DNA of 64,000 bases from Dehalococcoidia bacterium (lineage in GTDB: Bacteria; Chloroflexota; Dehalococcoidia; Bin125), in the NCBI GenBank assembly GCA_965116225.1, contig OZ220495.1:2023043-2087042 (forward strand), in the 5' to 3' direction. Under the pieces are notes generated by a model. The model was not told the origin of the DNA. It did not search any database and worked only from the letters and a program-made list of their open reading frames with translations. Below, piece after piece: positions 37,943 through 48,088 of the stretch. The position numbers and the translations under genes are program-made. Position 1 is the stretch's first letter. Every line of letters starts with the position of its first letter.

Positions 37943-39301
37943 TCAAGCAGGTTGCCCCTGCAGACTCCAGGCCCCCATCCTTGTCACCGAGACCGTGAGC
38001 ATGTCGCCGGCTGCGTACTTGCCCGTCGGCGCGTCGAAATGAACTAGCTTCATCGTCCGCGTGCGGCCGGTGTGACGCTCCAGCCCGTTGATCTCGGATG
38101 GCTTGGTCGATTCGAGCAGCACGTCGACATCGGTTAGGAGATAGCGATTATTGATCTGGAAAGCGATCTCGCGTTGCAATGCTTCGACACGATGTAGTCG
38201 CTCCATCTTCACCTCGCGCGGCACGTCGTCGGGCTGGCGACGCTGCGCGTAGGTGCCGCTGCGTGGACTGTACGCTGCGACGTGGACCTTGTCGAAGCGC
38301 ATCTCCTCGAGCAGGTCGTACGTCTGTTGGAAATCGGACTCGGTTTCGCCGGGGAATCCGACGATCACGTCGGTCGAGATACTCACGTCGCGCCACAGCG
38401 ATCGTACTTTCTCGACGCGGTCGCGGAACTGCGCCACGCTGTATCCGCGCCGCATGTTGGTCAGTACATCATCGGAGCCGGCCTGCACGGGCAGCGAGAA
38501 CGCTTCGCAGACCTTCGGCAACGCCGCCATGCCTTCAAGGATGCGGTCGGTCATGTCGGGCGGATAGCTGGTCAACTGGCGGATTCGGTACAAATCGGGC
38601 AGGTCATGGATGGTGCGCATCAGGTCGGAGAGGTCGGCGTGTTCGGTTGTCCCATCGAGGGGCGGCTGGTCCTTGCCGTAGGCTTCGACCGTTTGCCCCA
38701 ACAACGTGACTTCGCGCACACCGCGCTGCGTATGCGCCGCGACCTCGCGAGCGATCTCGTCAATCGGACGCGAGCGCTCGCGTCCGCGACGCAGCGGCAC
38801 GATGCAGTAGGTGCAGAACTTGTCGCACCCCTCGATTATCGGCACAAAGGCGGTTGGCTGCGTCTCCTGCGGGAAGATCTGCGGCCAGAACTCGCCGCCG
38901 TCGTCATCCGGCTCGGGCAGACCGGGGAGATCGAGCGGGCCGACCACCTGATCGAATCGCTGCGGCTGAGCCCAGGTATCGACGAACGGGAATCGCGTCG
39001 TAAGCGGGTCGTCTCCGCGCGCCGTGTGTGGGCCGACCATGCAGCCCATCACGGCGATCCTGAGCGCGGGGTTGGCGCGCTTGAGATGCTTGAGCGATCC
39101 CAACTTGGCTTGCGCCTTGTCCTCGGCGTGCTGACGCACGGCGCAGGTGTTGAGCACGATCAGATCGGCGTCGCGGGGTTCGTCGGTCGGCTCCATACCG
39201 AGTCGCCGTAGCCCCGCCGCCAACTTGGCCGAATCGGCGCTGTTGACCTGACATCCGACCGTCCAAATGTGGTACTGCGACATTTGCGGCATCTGCGACA
39301 T
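37943..39301 (-). CDS. miaB: tRNA-2-methylthio-N6-dimethylallyladenosine synthase
   Basis: T.GCQ.N..DS, NTCAVR..AE.K, C...C.YC radical SAM motif, TRAM domain. Confidence 0.95.
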   Translation of the reverse strand: MSQMPQMSQYHIWTVGCQVNSADSAKLAAGLRRLGMEPTDEPRDADLIVLNTCAVRQHAEDKAQAKLGSLKHLKRANPALRIAVMGCMVGPHTARGDDPLTTRFPFVDTWAQPQRFDQVVGPLDLPGLPEPDDDGGEFWPQIFPQETQPTAFVPIIEGCDKFCTYCIVPLRRGRERSRPIDEIAREVAAHTQRGVREVTLLGQTVEAYGKDQPPLDGTTEHADLSDLMRTIHDLPDLYRIRQLTSYPPDMTDRILEGMAALPKVCEAFSLPVQAGSDDVLTNMRRGYSVAQFRDRVEKVRSLWRDVSISTDVIVGFPGETESDFQQTYDLLEEMRFDKVHVAAYSPRSGTYAQRRQPDDVPREVKMERLHRVEALQREIAFQINNRYLLTDVDVLLESTKPSEINGLERHTGRTRTMKLVHFDAPTGKYAAGDMLTVSVTRMGAWSLQGQPA

Positions 39302-39327
39302 CGCTCTTCAACCGGCTTTCGCTCGCG

Positions 39328-39417
39328 TGGCGGAGGGTGAGGGATTCGAACCCTCGACGGAGTTTCCCCCGAACCCGCTTAGCAGGCGGGCGCACTAGGC
39401 CACTATGCGAACCCTCC
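39328..39417 (-). tRNA. tRNA-Ser(GCT)
   Basis: 90-nt cloverleaf GGAGGGTT...CCCGC CT GCT AA GCGGG, long variable arm, GGTTCGAATCC, encoded CCA. Confidence 0.97.
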
Positions 39418-39545
39418 GGATCCAGCGTAGCAGCGGACAGGGCATATCCTGCGCTGCATGCCGGTTGCCTGCCGCCTCGCGGGTCGGGTGCGCGGGGCGC
39501 AATCATGGCGTATGCAGCGAGTCTGGACGAGTCTGAAACGGTGCG

Positions 39546-40526
39546 TTGATGATGCGAGATCGGATCGCGAGCGCCTGGATCGCCGCCAGATCGGCATTTG
39601 ATTCCGCGACGTATGCGCGCCTCGCGCCGCTGCTGTCGAACCGCTGGACGCCATTCACCGCCGCGGCGGTCACGCTCGCCGCAACGTTGGCGCTCGCGCT
39701 CTCGTTGTCGATCAGCACGAGCGTCGATTCTCGTGCCGCCTTTGTATTGCAGTCGGCCGACGGTGCCCGATTCGTCGCGGAGGTCAGCGGCGACGGGGAT
39801 TCGTGGGTCCTGCTCGGCCACATGTACCGAACCCAAAACACCAATCCGACGCATCGCGGCATCTGGGATCGGTTTGCGGCGCGGCTCGTCGATCAGGGCT
39901 ACCGCGTGCTGCGCTGGGATTTCCGCTGCCACGGCGAGTCGCCCTGCGTGTACAGCAAGAGGCAGATCGAAGATGTGCCGGAGATTTACCTCGAGTGGGA
40001 GTCGGCGATCGACTATGCGATCGAACAGGACGCGGAGCACCTCTACGGCATCGGCGTCAGCATGGGCGGGACGAGCCTGATGCAGGTCGCTGCCTACCGT
40101 AACGAGTTCACGGCCGTCAGCGCCATATCAAGTCCCAACATTTTCCCCAACAAACCGCCCAAGGACTCCGACCGATCGCGCGAGGAAGGATTCGACAAAC
40201 TCGACGGATTGAGCAACATCGCCGATATCCGGATGCCCAAGCTCTACATCGCCGGCGCACGCAATCAGTGCTCCTACTGGCAGTCGAATCGCTATTTCCA
40301 ACGCGCCGCCGAGCCAGTCCGGCTCGTCATCTACGAGACCGATCTGCACGGTACCGAGATCCTCGATGATGCGGCGATCGGCCCCGACGCGGTCGAGGAA
40401 GTGCTCGCGTTCCTTGCCGATCCCGGCGGCATCGTGGGCAAGGAGAAGCGCAATCTCGCGCCCGACGCCGATCCCGAGATCGAGTGCTGGCCGCTGGAGG
40501 AAGATGATGAAGACGAGGAGAGCTAG
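39546..40526 (+). CDS. Membrane-anchored/secreted alpha/beta hydrolase
   Basis: N-terminal hydrophobic helix, WDFR.HGES, GVSMGG, LHGT. Confidence 0.8.
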   Translation: MMMRDRIASAWIAARSAFDSATYARLAPLLSNRWTPFTAAAVTLAATLALALSLSISTSVDSRAAFVLQSADGARFVAEVSGDGDSWVLLGHMYRTQNTNPTHRGIWDRFAARLVDQGYRVLRWDFRCHGESPCVYSKRQIEDVPEIYLEWESAIDYAIEQDAEHLYGIGVSMGGTSLMQVAAYRNEFTAVSAISSPNIFPNKPPKDSDRSREEGFDKLDGLSNIADIRMPKLYIAGARNQCSYWQSNRYFQRAAEPVRLVIYETDLHGTEILDDAAIGPDAVEEVLAFLADPGGIVGKEKRNLAPDADPEIECWPLEEDDEDEES

Positions 40527-41200
40527 CAGGACGGGTAACGGTCGCAGTCGCAACGAGCGAGCGTCGGTACGGAAACGGCGTCGCGCAAGCGCAGCGGCTT
40601 CTCCATACGATGCACGGTCTCCTGATCCGTAGCCAGGCGCACCCAGAAACCGCTCGTGGTCTTGACGATTCGATAGCCTAGGCGTTCGTAGAGACGGATC
40701 GCGCCCTGGTTGATTCCGATCACATCGAGCGCGAGGCGCTGATAACCCTCGTCCCGCGCTCGTGCCTCCGCCGCTAGCATCAGCCTGGAACCGATGCTGA
40801 GTCCGCGAGCGGCCGGGCTGACCGCAATCGATTCAACCAGGAACTCTTGCCTGGCCACCGACTCGTTGAGCAGCCACAGATTGAACAGCACCCGCAGCGT
40901 CTGTACCGGAGTAAAGGTCGTCAGCAGCGTTCGCAGTCCGACCTCGTAGAACTCGCGTTGCGCGGGCGCGCAGGTACTGTAGGTGACGATGCCGAGCAGC
41001 TGTCCGTCGCGGACAACCGTGTAGCAATACTCGCGCTTGATGTCGCGCCGCAGGAGACGGCGAAAATCGTCGGCGTTGCGGAAGCCGTGGCGGAATTTGG
41101 CTGCAAACGCCTCGAAGAGGATGTCGAGCGCGGTATCGACATGTCCCTCGGGCAGGTGATCGAGGACGACGATCTCGCCGCCGGGTTCACAATCCGGCAC
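40523..41200 (-). CDS. GNAT N-acetyltransferase
   Basis: IAVSPAARGLSIGSRL, N.GAIRLYERLGY. Confidence 0.88.
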   Translation of the reverse strand: MPDCEPGGEIVVLDHLPEGHVDTALDILFEAFAAKFRHGFRNADDFRRLLRRDIKREYCYTVVRDGQLLGIVTYSTCAPAQREFYEVGLRTLLTTFTPVQTLRVLFNLWLLNESVARQEFLVESIAVSPAARGLSIGSRLMLAAEARARDEGYQRLALDVIGINQGAIRLYERLGYRIVKTTSGFWVRLATDQETVHRMEKPLRLRDAVSVPTLARCDCDRYPSC

Positions 41201-41420
41201 GGCGCTTTAGCAATCGCTGCGTAATCGGCACCATGATCAGCATGGCGATTGCGCCCACGATGATGCCGACGACGATATCAATCGTCAAGCTCAGGATGAT
41301 CATCAACACAATGCCGACCAGCGGGGCGATGAGTCCAGCCAGGGCCGCGATGCGTCCGTGTTGCCTGGGACTGGGACGGTCGTCGCTCGCAGGAGGTGCC
41401 GATTCCGGGTTATGACTCAT
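41187..41420 (-). CDS. Small two-TM membrane protein
   Basis: Two hydrophobic helices; fills the gap between sucD and the GNAT gene. Confidence 0.6.
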   Translation of the reverse strand: MSHNPESAPPASDDRPSPRQHGRIAALAGLIAPLVGIVLMIILSLTIDIVVGIIVGAIAMLIMVPITQRLLKRRAGL

Positions 41421-42336
41421 CGCGCGCACTCGGCGGCTGATACTTGCCAGCTTCCTCGAGCATGCGGCGCATGGTCGAGCCGATCTCGGCGGGACTGCGC
41501 GAGATCACGGCGCCTGCCTCCTCGAGCGCCTTGAGCTTGGCCTCGGCGGTACCGGCTTCGCCCTCGATGATCGCGCCTGCATGTCCCATGCGTCGACCCG
41601 GCGGCGCGGTCGCGCCGGCGATGAACGCGACCACCGGCTTGGTCATGCTGCGCTTGATGTAGGCGGCAGCCGCCTGCTCGGCGAGTCCCCCAATCTCTCC
41701 GATCAGGACCACCGCGTCGGTGTCGGGATCGCTCTGGAATCGGCGTAAGATCGCTTGCTGCTGCTCACCGATGATCGGATCGCCGCCGACGCCGACGCAG
41801 GTTGACTGGCCGATCCCCGCTCGCGTCAGCTGGTCGACCGCCTCGTAGACGAGCGTGCCGGAGCGAGAAACGACACCGACGTTACCGGGCATGAACACGT
41901 CGGGCGGATGAATCCCGACCCTGCAATGAGATGCGGGCTGAATGATGCCGGGGCAGTTGGGGCCGATCAGCCGACTCTTCGCGCCTTCCAACGCGGTTCG
42001 CACGCGGATCATGTCGTGCACCGGTACGCCCTCGGTGATGCAGACGATCAGCGGTACCTCGGCGGCAATGCTCTCGAGCATGGCGTCAGCCGCGCCGGGA
42101 GCGGGAACATAGATAATGCTGCAGTTGGCCTGCGTCTTTGCGACGGCGTCGGAGACAGTGGCGAAAACGGGGAACTCGTGCGCACCGTGATTGAAGGTGT
42201 CGCCGCCGCGGAATCCGGGGTGGACGCCGGCGACGACGTGCGTGCCGTAGTCGAGCGAGCGGCGGATCTGGTTTTGTCCCTCGTTGCCCAGTCCCTGAAT
42301 CAGTAGCCTGGTTCGGTCATTGAGAAGGATGCTCAT
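41410..42336 (-). CDS. sucD: Succinyl-CoA ligase alpha subunit
   Basis: ITEGVP..D, IGPNCPG, SRSGTL.YE, G.GGDP, MGHAGA phospho-His. Confidence 0.95.
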   Translation of the reverse strand: MSILLNDRTRLLIQGLGNEGQNQIRRSLDYGTHVVAGVHPGFRGGDTFNHGAHEFPVFATVSDAVAKTQANCSIIYVPAPGAADAMLESIAAEVPLIVCITEGVPVHDMIRVRTALEGAKSRLIGPNCPGIIQPASHCRVGIHPPDVFMPGNVGVVSRSGTLVYEAVDQLTRAGIGQSTCVGVGGDPIIGEQQQAILRRFQSDPDTDAVVLIGEIGGLAEQAAAAYIKRSMTKPVVAFIAGATAPPGRRMGHAGAIIEGEAGTAEAKLKALEEAGAVISRSPAEIGSTMRRMLEEAGKYQPPSARDES

Positions 42337-42403
42337 GCGGCGGTTCCTTGCCTCGGAGTTAGGTTCGGTTCGGCGTCGAGTATCGCGAGCGGGTGCGGCC
42401 TCG

Positions 42404-43693
42404 TCAGTTCTTGGCGCGCGAGCGGCGTCGCGGGGCCTTGGCCGCCCCGGCCGCAAGTGCGGCGGCGTCTCCCAGCTCGTCGGCTGTCTGCACCGCGATG
42501 CCCGAGTCGTGCAGCGCACGCCGCCCTTCCTCGACGTTGGAACCGTTCAAGCGCACCACAAGTGGTTGGCTGATCTTGAGCTCGCGGACGGCGTCGACCA
42601 CGCCCTCGGCGACGATATCCACGCGTGCGAGGCCGCCGAAAATGTTGATGAAGATCACCTTCACATCAGGGTCATTGACGATGATGCGTAGCGCCTCGAT
42701 CACACGATCCTTGCGGTTGACGGTGCCGATGTCGAGGAAGTTCGCCGGCTCTCCGCCGTGCAGCATCAGCGTGTCCATCGTCGCCATGGCCAGACCAGCG
42801 CCATTGACTACGCAGCCAATATTGCCGTCGAGCTTGATGTAGGAGCCAATGTTCGCCTCTTCAGCTTCAATCTCGGTCGGATTCTCCTGTGCGCGGTCGC
42901 GCCACTCCTCGTAGCCGCCGTGTCGAAAGGCGGCGTTGTCGTCCAGTCTGACCTTGGCGTCGATAGCCAGCACGCTCCCCTCGCTGGTCAGGACGAAGGG
43001 ATTGATCTCGACCAGCGACGCGTCCATATCGATGAAGATGTCATACAGGTTCGAGAACATATCTCCGGCGGCGCGTATCGCCGCTGAGGGCATCCCCAGT
43101 TGGCTGGCGAGCGAACGGCCGCGGAAGGCTGGAAATCCCTCGAGCGGACCGACCGGCAGGCGCAACACGGCGCGAGGATTGGTGCGGTTGACCTCTTCGA
43201 TCGATTGCCCGCCCTCCGCGGAAGCGATGATCAGCGGCTGTCCGCTTGCCCCGTCAACCTGGAGCGAAAAGTAATACTCGTGCGTGATCGACGTCTGCTG
43301 CTCGATCAGCACGGCCGAAATGGGGACACCATCCGAGCCGGTCTGGATGCTGACGAGCCGGCTGTTTGGATCGATCATCAGGCGGAATTCCTTGAGCGCG
43401 TCCTCGATGCCGCTCACCAGTCGCACGCCGCCGCGCCGCCGACCGACGATCTGTCCCTCGTAGCGCTCCGGGTCGGTGATCAGCCGGTTGTAGATACGCC
43501 CGGCGCGATCGCGCTTGACGACCCGCCCCTTGCCGCGACCGCCCGCGTGCGCCTGTGCCTTGACGACGACGTCGGGGCCGATCCGCTTGAGCAGGTCGCG
43601 CGCCTGTTTTTCGGTCGTGACCGCGCCGCCCTCGGGGATGGGCACGCCATGCGACCGAAAGATCTGTTTCGCCTGATATTCGTGAATGTTCAT
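42404..43693 (-). CDS. sucC: Succinyl-CoA ligase beta subunit with a 31-aa insertion
   Basis: MNIHEYQAK, VKAQ.HAGGRGK, EINP, NGAGLAMATMD, NIFGG. Confidence 0.95.
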   Translation of the reverse strand: MNIHEYQAKQIFRSHGVPIPEGGAVTTEKQARDLLKRIGPDVVVKAQAHAGGRGKGRVVKRDRAGRIYNRLITDPERYEGQIVGRRRGGVRLVSGIEDALKEFRLMIDPNSRLVSIQTGSDGVPISAVLIEQQTSITHEYYFSLQVDGASGQPLIIASAEGGQSIEEVNRTNPRAVLRLPVGPLEGFPAFRGRSLASQLGMPSAAIRAAGDMFSNLYDIFIDMDASLVEINPFVLTSEGSVLAIDAKVRLDDNAAFRHGGYEEWRDRAQENPTEIEAEEANIGSYIKLDGNIGCVVNGAGLAMATMDTLMLHGGEPANFLDIGTVNRKDRVIEALRIIVNDPDVKVIFINIFGGLARVDIVAEGVVDAVRELKISQPLVVRLNGSNVEEGRRALHDSGIAVQTADELGDAAALAAGAAKAPRRRSRAKN

Positions 43694-43832
43694 CTTCGCC
43701 AGCCGGGAATCCAGGAACGGGATGATCGCTTACCGTTGCTACCGAACATAGCCACGCCTGATCGCTTGGGCAATTGTGCGTGATACTGAAGCGATATCCG
43801 TTGCTCGCAATGGCCTGTACACCGGTATCGCG

Positions 43833-45068
43833 TTACCGCGCCCGGGCGAAGCCCGCCGGGATCATGCCGATGATCAGACCTGCCAAGCGGCGATCGTTGC
43901 TCGCCCGCATCCGACCGACGCTCTGACGTAGCACGGCTCCGAGCAACGTTCGATTGAAGAGCCAGTTGTTGAGGTCGGTGTCGGTGGGGTAATTCGCGCC
44001 GGGTTGGGCGGTAGCTGCCTCGTGATAGAAGGCGCGCAGATCGTCAGCGGCGAATTTGAGCCGCACCGGCATCAGGTGATGCCAGTCGATCTCGCCATCG
44101 GACGGTTCGGCGCCGCTGGCGAAGTCCGCCAGCAACGTCGCCAGTTCCTCAATCTGCCCGATCGAGACGCCGGAAATCCCGACGGTCGTGCGACCGCGGC
44201 GTTTGATCGACTCCGCGTGCCATGGCGCGAGCTGACGGATCTCTTCGATGAGCTGGTCCCGCAGCGCCTCTGACGCAGTGGCGGGCTCGGGCGGCGTCAG
44301 CGCGACGGCGCATGCCCACGGATCGTCGCCGCTGGTCGGCGCGTCGTGCGGATAATCGGCGAGCGTGGGTTCGGTCGCCGACTCCAGCAGCCGCAGCGAC
44401 GCGAGTAGCACGTCGCGCTGGAAGTCCGGTTGGTCCGGCGAGCCGAGTGGTCGTCCGAGCGGGAACGGTACCCAGAGCGCGCGTGGCGGTTTCATACCGG
44501 CCGTGTGTTCGCGAATTAGCGAGATGCCGGTCGTCGCTACGCGACCTTCGCTGCCGCGCTCGATGTAGTGGCTCAGCGCTCCTACGGAGCGCGTGCAGAA
44601 AGGTCAAACCGGCGTCAGGAAGGCCGCATCGACGCCGTCCTCTGCCAGCAGTCGACCGATCTCCTCGCCTGTCTGCTCCAGGCGCGTGGGGTCGGGTTGC
44701 GCGCCCATGAAGGAGTAGTGGTATCGGCTGATGCCGCCGATTACGCCCTGCTCGGCCAGCTCGCGCAGCCGCTCGATCGGGAAGACGGTGTTGGTGTCCT
44801 GCTGAAAGCCGGAGCGGTCGAAGTTGACCGACAGGTGCGACATGCGCAGATCGGCGAAGTCGATCTGGCCCGGGATCAGGCGATACTCGACCGATCCCGG
44901 ATTGAAGGGTCGGTCGTCGCGCGCGTGCAGACCGGCCGTCGTGGCGATTGCGACGGTCGTCTCCGCTAGCGGTCGCGGCCTAATCCAGTCCTGCGGCTTA
45001 ATCTCCGGCAGGGGCAGGCTGAGCAGATTACTGGCCATATCGGGGTGCATATCGCTGGTACGAACCAT
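43833..45068 (-). CDS. PrdB/GrdB-like selenoprotein, predicted UGA(Sec) readthrough at 44604-44606, about 411 aa
   Basis: ORFs 44604-45101 and 43833-44495 are in frame. Readthrough gives TPV-U-PFC-TRSVG...TTGISL.REH...KPPRALWVPFPLGRPLG, the selenoprotein B signature. Start chosen from a GGAG RBS. Confidence 0.85.
44576..44592 (-). promoter_or_regulatory. Bacterial SECIS-like hairpin
   Basis: mRNA UGA-CCUUUCUGCAC(11 nt)-GCGCUCC-GUA-GGAGCGC: perfect 7-bp stem with G in the apical loop. Confidence 0.7.
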
Positions 45069-45551
45069 CGTCGGCTCCATCCTCAGTCGCGGCATTCGCA
45101 CTCAGCCTACAGGAACATCCATTTCGCCGTCGGCAATGCCGCCTCAGAGTCCGACTGCAGCGGCGATTCAGGCCGCAATTCCTCCCTGGAAACCTCCGCC
45201 AAGTATCTCTCAACATCTCGTCCTCAACTAGCAAGATCGCCGATGATCGCGTCCTTGTTGATACCTAGCGTCGATTAGTTGTTAGTTAACTGTGGTCTTC
45301 CGCGGCGTGTTCGGAGCAGCGGTCAGCGCCGCGTCCACCATCAGACTGACGTTGCGATGATCCACGTGCTGATCATGGTTGCCGCAAGCACCGCAATCGT
45401 GATTATGCTAATCGGATTGTGCCAATAGAAGTAGAGTCCGATCGCGAGAGGGAGTGCCGACGCCGGTTCATACACGTGCATCTTGTCGGAAAATTTGTCG
45501 GGAAACACCATAACTAGAAAGTGGTATATACGAGTAGAACCCCGCTGCGAT

Positions 45552-45564
45552 CCCCCCCCCCCCC
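45552..45564 (+). repeat. Poly-C tract (13 nt)
   Basis: Read directly in the intergenic region. Confidence 0.9.
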
Positions 45565-45736
45565 TCTATTTTCATTCTGTCCTCGAACCGACATCGCAAT
45601 CGCTCCTGTCTCGACCGCGCTGAGTGCCGCTGCTCTTAGTGCACTGGCGTCCCTGTGGCCACCCCGACGGGGCGAACGTCTCTCGCGGCCGCGCGTGCTG
45701 GTAGGCTGGGCACACACCAGCGTGAGGAGCGAGGCG

Positions 45737-46078
45737 ATGCCGGAAGACACGATTGAGGTGAGTGTGCGCATGGCCGACCGCGGCGAAGTCGGTTATCGGG
45801 TGATGTCGGCATCAGTCAGCAGCCGGGAAGGCTCGCTCGCGGGCGCTCCGGTCATGTTCACGATCGTGGACGGACCCGGAACCCTGTCTTCGTCGGGCGG
45901 CCGTGAACGCACGGTCGACTCGGATGAATGGGGCATCGCCGAAGTCAACTGGTATCCCGAGCAGCACCAGCGCTCATCGCCCGATGCCGAGGCCGTCCAG
46001 ATCGTTACCATCAAAGCCGTCTGCGAGGTCGCGGCTGATGTGTCGCTGAACATCGCATCGCCGCTGTGGAAGCACTGA
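45737..46078 (+). CDS. Hypothetical protein, Ig-like beta-sandwich
   Basis: GGAG/GAGG RBS; GAPVMFTIVDGPGTLS...TVDSDEWGIAEV.W resembles Big_1-type domains; no signal peptide. Confidence 0.55.
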   Translation: MPEDTIEVSVRMADRGEVGYRVMSASVSSREGSLAGAPVMFTIVDGPGTLSSSGGRERTVDSDEWGIAEVNWYPEQHQRSSPDAEAVQIVTIKAVCEVAADVSLNIASPLWKH

Positions 46079-46164
46079 TTCGATTGACGTCGACGCCAGA
46101 GCATCAGTCGCAGCGGCGGGAACGTGAACCGGCTGAGCCGGAAATTTCGCGGTGGCTGCAGAAG

Positions 46165-46830
46165 ATGGAGCGGATTCCCCAGATCGATCCGGTCGCGCTG
46201 CTCGGATTCGCTCCGACGGCGGCGTACCTCGCGCTGGATGCGATTGTCAGCGTGCGCGCTGCGATCGCCGGCGCGGTGGTGGCCGGCGTGATCGCCTGGT
46301 TGGCGCAGCGTCGATTGCGTCCCAGTATACGGGTCGTTCGATGGCTCGGCGCGCTCAGCGCTTCGTTCATGATCGCGTTCGGCGTTGTGGGGCTGATCGA
46401 GGAGGACGGTAGTCTATTCTGGGCCAGCGACGCCGTTGACAACTTCGTGATCGGCGGCCTGTTTCTGCTCAGCGCGCTGTTTAGGCGACCAATTGTCTCG
46501 CCGGTGTTGCGTGAGCTGTTTCCGCTCATCGCCGAACGGATACCGGCGGAACATGGTGTCTGGATGAAAGTCACGATCGCCTGGGGACTCAAAATCGTGC
46601 TCAGCGGCCTGCTGCGCCTGTGGTTGCTCGATCAGCTGGACGCCAACACCTACGCCTGGATTCGGATCCCGATCGGGTGGCCGATCAACATAGCCCTTTT
46701 CGCCTGGACCTTCCACATCGTCGATCGAACCATGAAGGACATTGCGATTGCCAGGGGTCGCGAGTGGATGCAGTCTGGTTCAGACGAGGTCGGCGAAGTG
46801 GTCGCCGATGCCGAGGTCGTCGAACGCTGA
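46165..46830 (+). CDS. Integral membrane protein (VC0807/DUF3159-like)
   Basis: About 6 TM helices; F..SAL.RRP.V, ..T.AWG, R...GWP pattern. Confidence 0.65.
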   Translation: MERIPQIDPVALLGFAPTAAYLALDAIVSVRAAIAGAVVAGVIAWLAQRRLRPSIRVVRWLGALSASFMIAFGVVGLIEEDGSLFWASDAVDNFVIGGLFLLSALFRRPIVSPVLRELFPLIAERIPAEHGVWMKVTIAWGLKIVLSGLLRLWLLDQLDANTYAWIRIPIGWPINIALFAWTFHIVDRTMKDIAIARGREWMQSGSDEVGEVVADAEVVER

Positions 46831-47865
46831 ACGAAACCATTCGATCACCTCGGGGTGATAGGGAACCCCCCGCTCGACGCGGTCGATCTCCTGTTCATGC
46901 TCCTCGATGCCGGCGTAGATTACGCGTTCTTCGCCCGGCGCGGTCGGCGTCTCCCGCAGCGCTCTGAGATATTCGTCCATATGACCCTTGAACTCGTCGA
47001 CATCGGTGAACGAAGCGATGTTGAAGACGGTGAAGTGGTGGCCGACCCCATTGAAACGGAACAGCGCCGAACCGGCTCCGGCCATGATCCCGCTGAGGAT
47101 GTCGATCATCACTGCCAGCGAGTAGCCCTTGTGCGAGCCGATCTCACGGGTGCCGCCCAGCGGCAGCATCAGAAAATCGTCCGGCGTTGGTCCACTCTCC
47201 ATCATCGGCGTACCGTCGGCGCTGGCGACCCAGCCCGGCAGCAGATCTTCGCCCAGCCGCTGCGCGAGGCGAATCTTGTTGCCTGCGACCGACGACGTCG
47301 AGGCGTCGAAGATGAATGGCGGCTCCACGTTGGCGGGTGCGGCAATGCTCAGCGGATTCAGGCCGACCATCGCCTGCGCGCCGTGTGTCGGCGCGACGAG
47401 CAGGCCGCCGACAGTCATCGAGAGGCCGATCATGTCGTGTCCGAGCGCCATCTGCGCGTGGTACGCGGCTGCGCCGAAGTGTCGGCCATTGTTGCAAACC
47501 ACTGTCGCGACCCCCTGGTGGCGCGCTTTCTCGATGGCGATCGCCATCGCCTGCGGTCCGACCGTTAATCCCAGCCCCCGGTCGCAATCGATCGTCGCGG
47601 CGGCTGGAGCGTCGCGCTCAACCGCCCAGCTCGGCGTCGGGTTGATCTCGCCCGATTTGATGCCGGCGACATAGGCGCGCAGCATGTTCGAGACCCCGTG
47701 TGAGTCGATCCCGCGCAGATCGGCGTAGAGCAGCGTGTCGACGCAGCGGCGCGCATCGTCGTCGGTCATGCCGAGACTGGTGAATATCTCGTGGACGGCG
47801 CCGCGCATCGTCTCAGCGGGCACGCGAACGGCGATCTCATCGGGGACGGCGAACTGCTTCAGCAT
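46780..47865 (-). CDS. Ldh_2 family oxidoreductase (malate/L-lactate/sulfolactate dehydrogenase type 2)
   Basis: ADLRGIDSHG, NGRHFGAAAY, GLNPL, DASTS, HKGYSLA. Confidence 0.9.
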   Translation of the reverse strand: MLKQFAVPDEIAVRVPAETMRGAVHEIFTSLGMTDDDARRCVDTLLYADLRGIDSHGVSNMLRAYVAGIKSGEINPTPSWAVERDAPAAATIDCDRGLGLTVGPQAMAIAIEKARHQGVATVVCNNGRHFGAAAYHAQMALGHDMIGLSMTVGGLLVAPTHGAQAMVGLNPLSIAAPANVEPPFIFDASTSSVAGNKIRLAQRLGEDLLPGWVASADGTPMMESGPTPDDFLMLPLGGTREIGSHKGYSLAVMIDILSGIMAGAGSALFRFNGVGHHFTVFNIASFTDVDEFKGHMDEYLRALRETPTAPGEERVIYAGIEEHEQEIDRVERGVPYHPEVIEWFRSAFDDLGIGDHFADLV

Positions 47866-48088
47866 GAATCTGCTCCTTTGACGCTCCGTGAGCCTAGCTC
47901 GTAAGCAGATTACCGCCGCAGTGAGACCTGCTTGTCAGGCGATGCGTTCACGTTGCGCAGTTCACCCAGTGTTGACGATCTGCGCGGTTCGCGGCGCGCA
48001 ATTCGCCATTAGTGTCGAAGTCGAGGCAGCCGGTCGGATGGCAAGGGTCCGTCAGCCGGTCTCGACAGGACGCAAAGATCGCTACACC

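Noticed and set aside
39328-39417. tRNA-Ser or tRNA-Phe (62780-62855) as island integration sites
   Set aside because: No integrase, no duplicated tRNA 3' end and no GC shift seen next to either tRNA.
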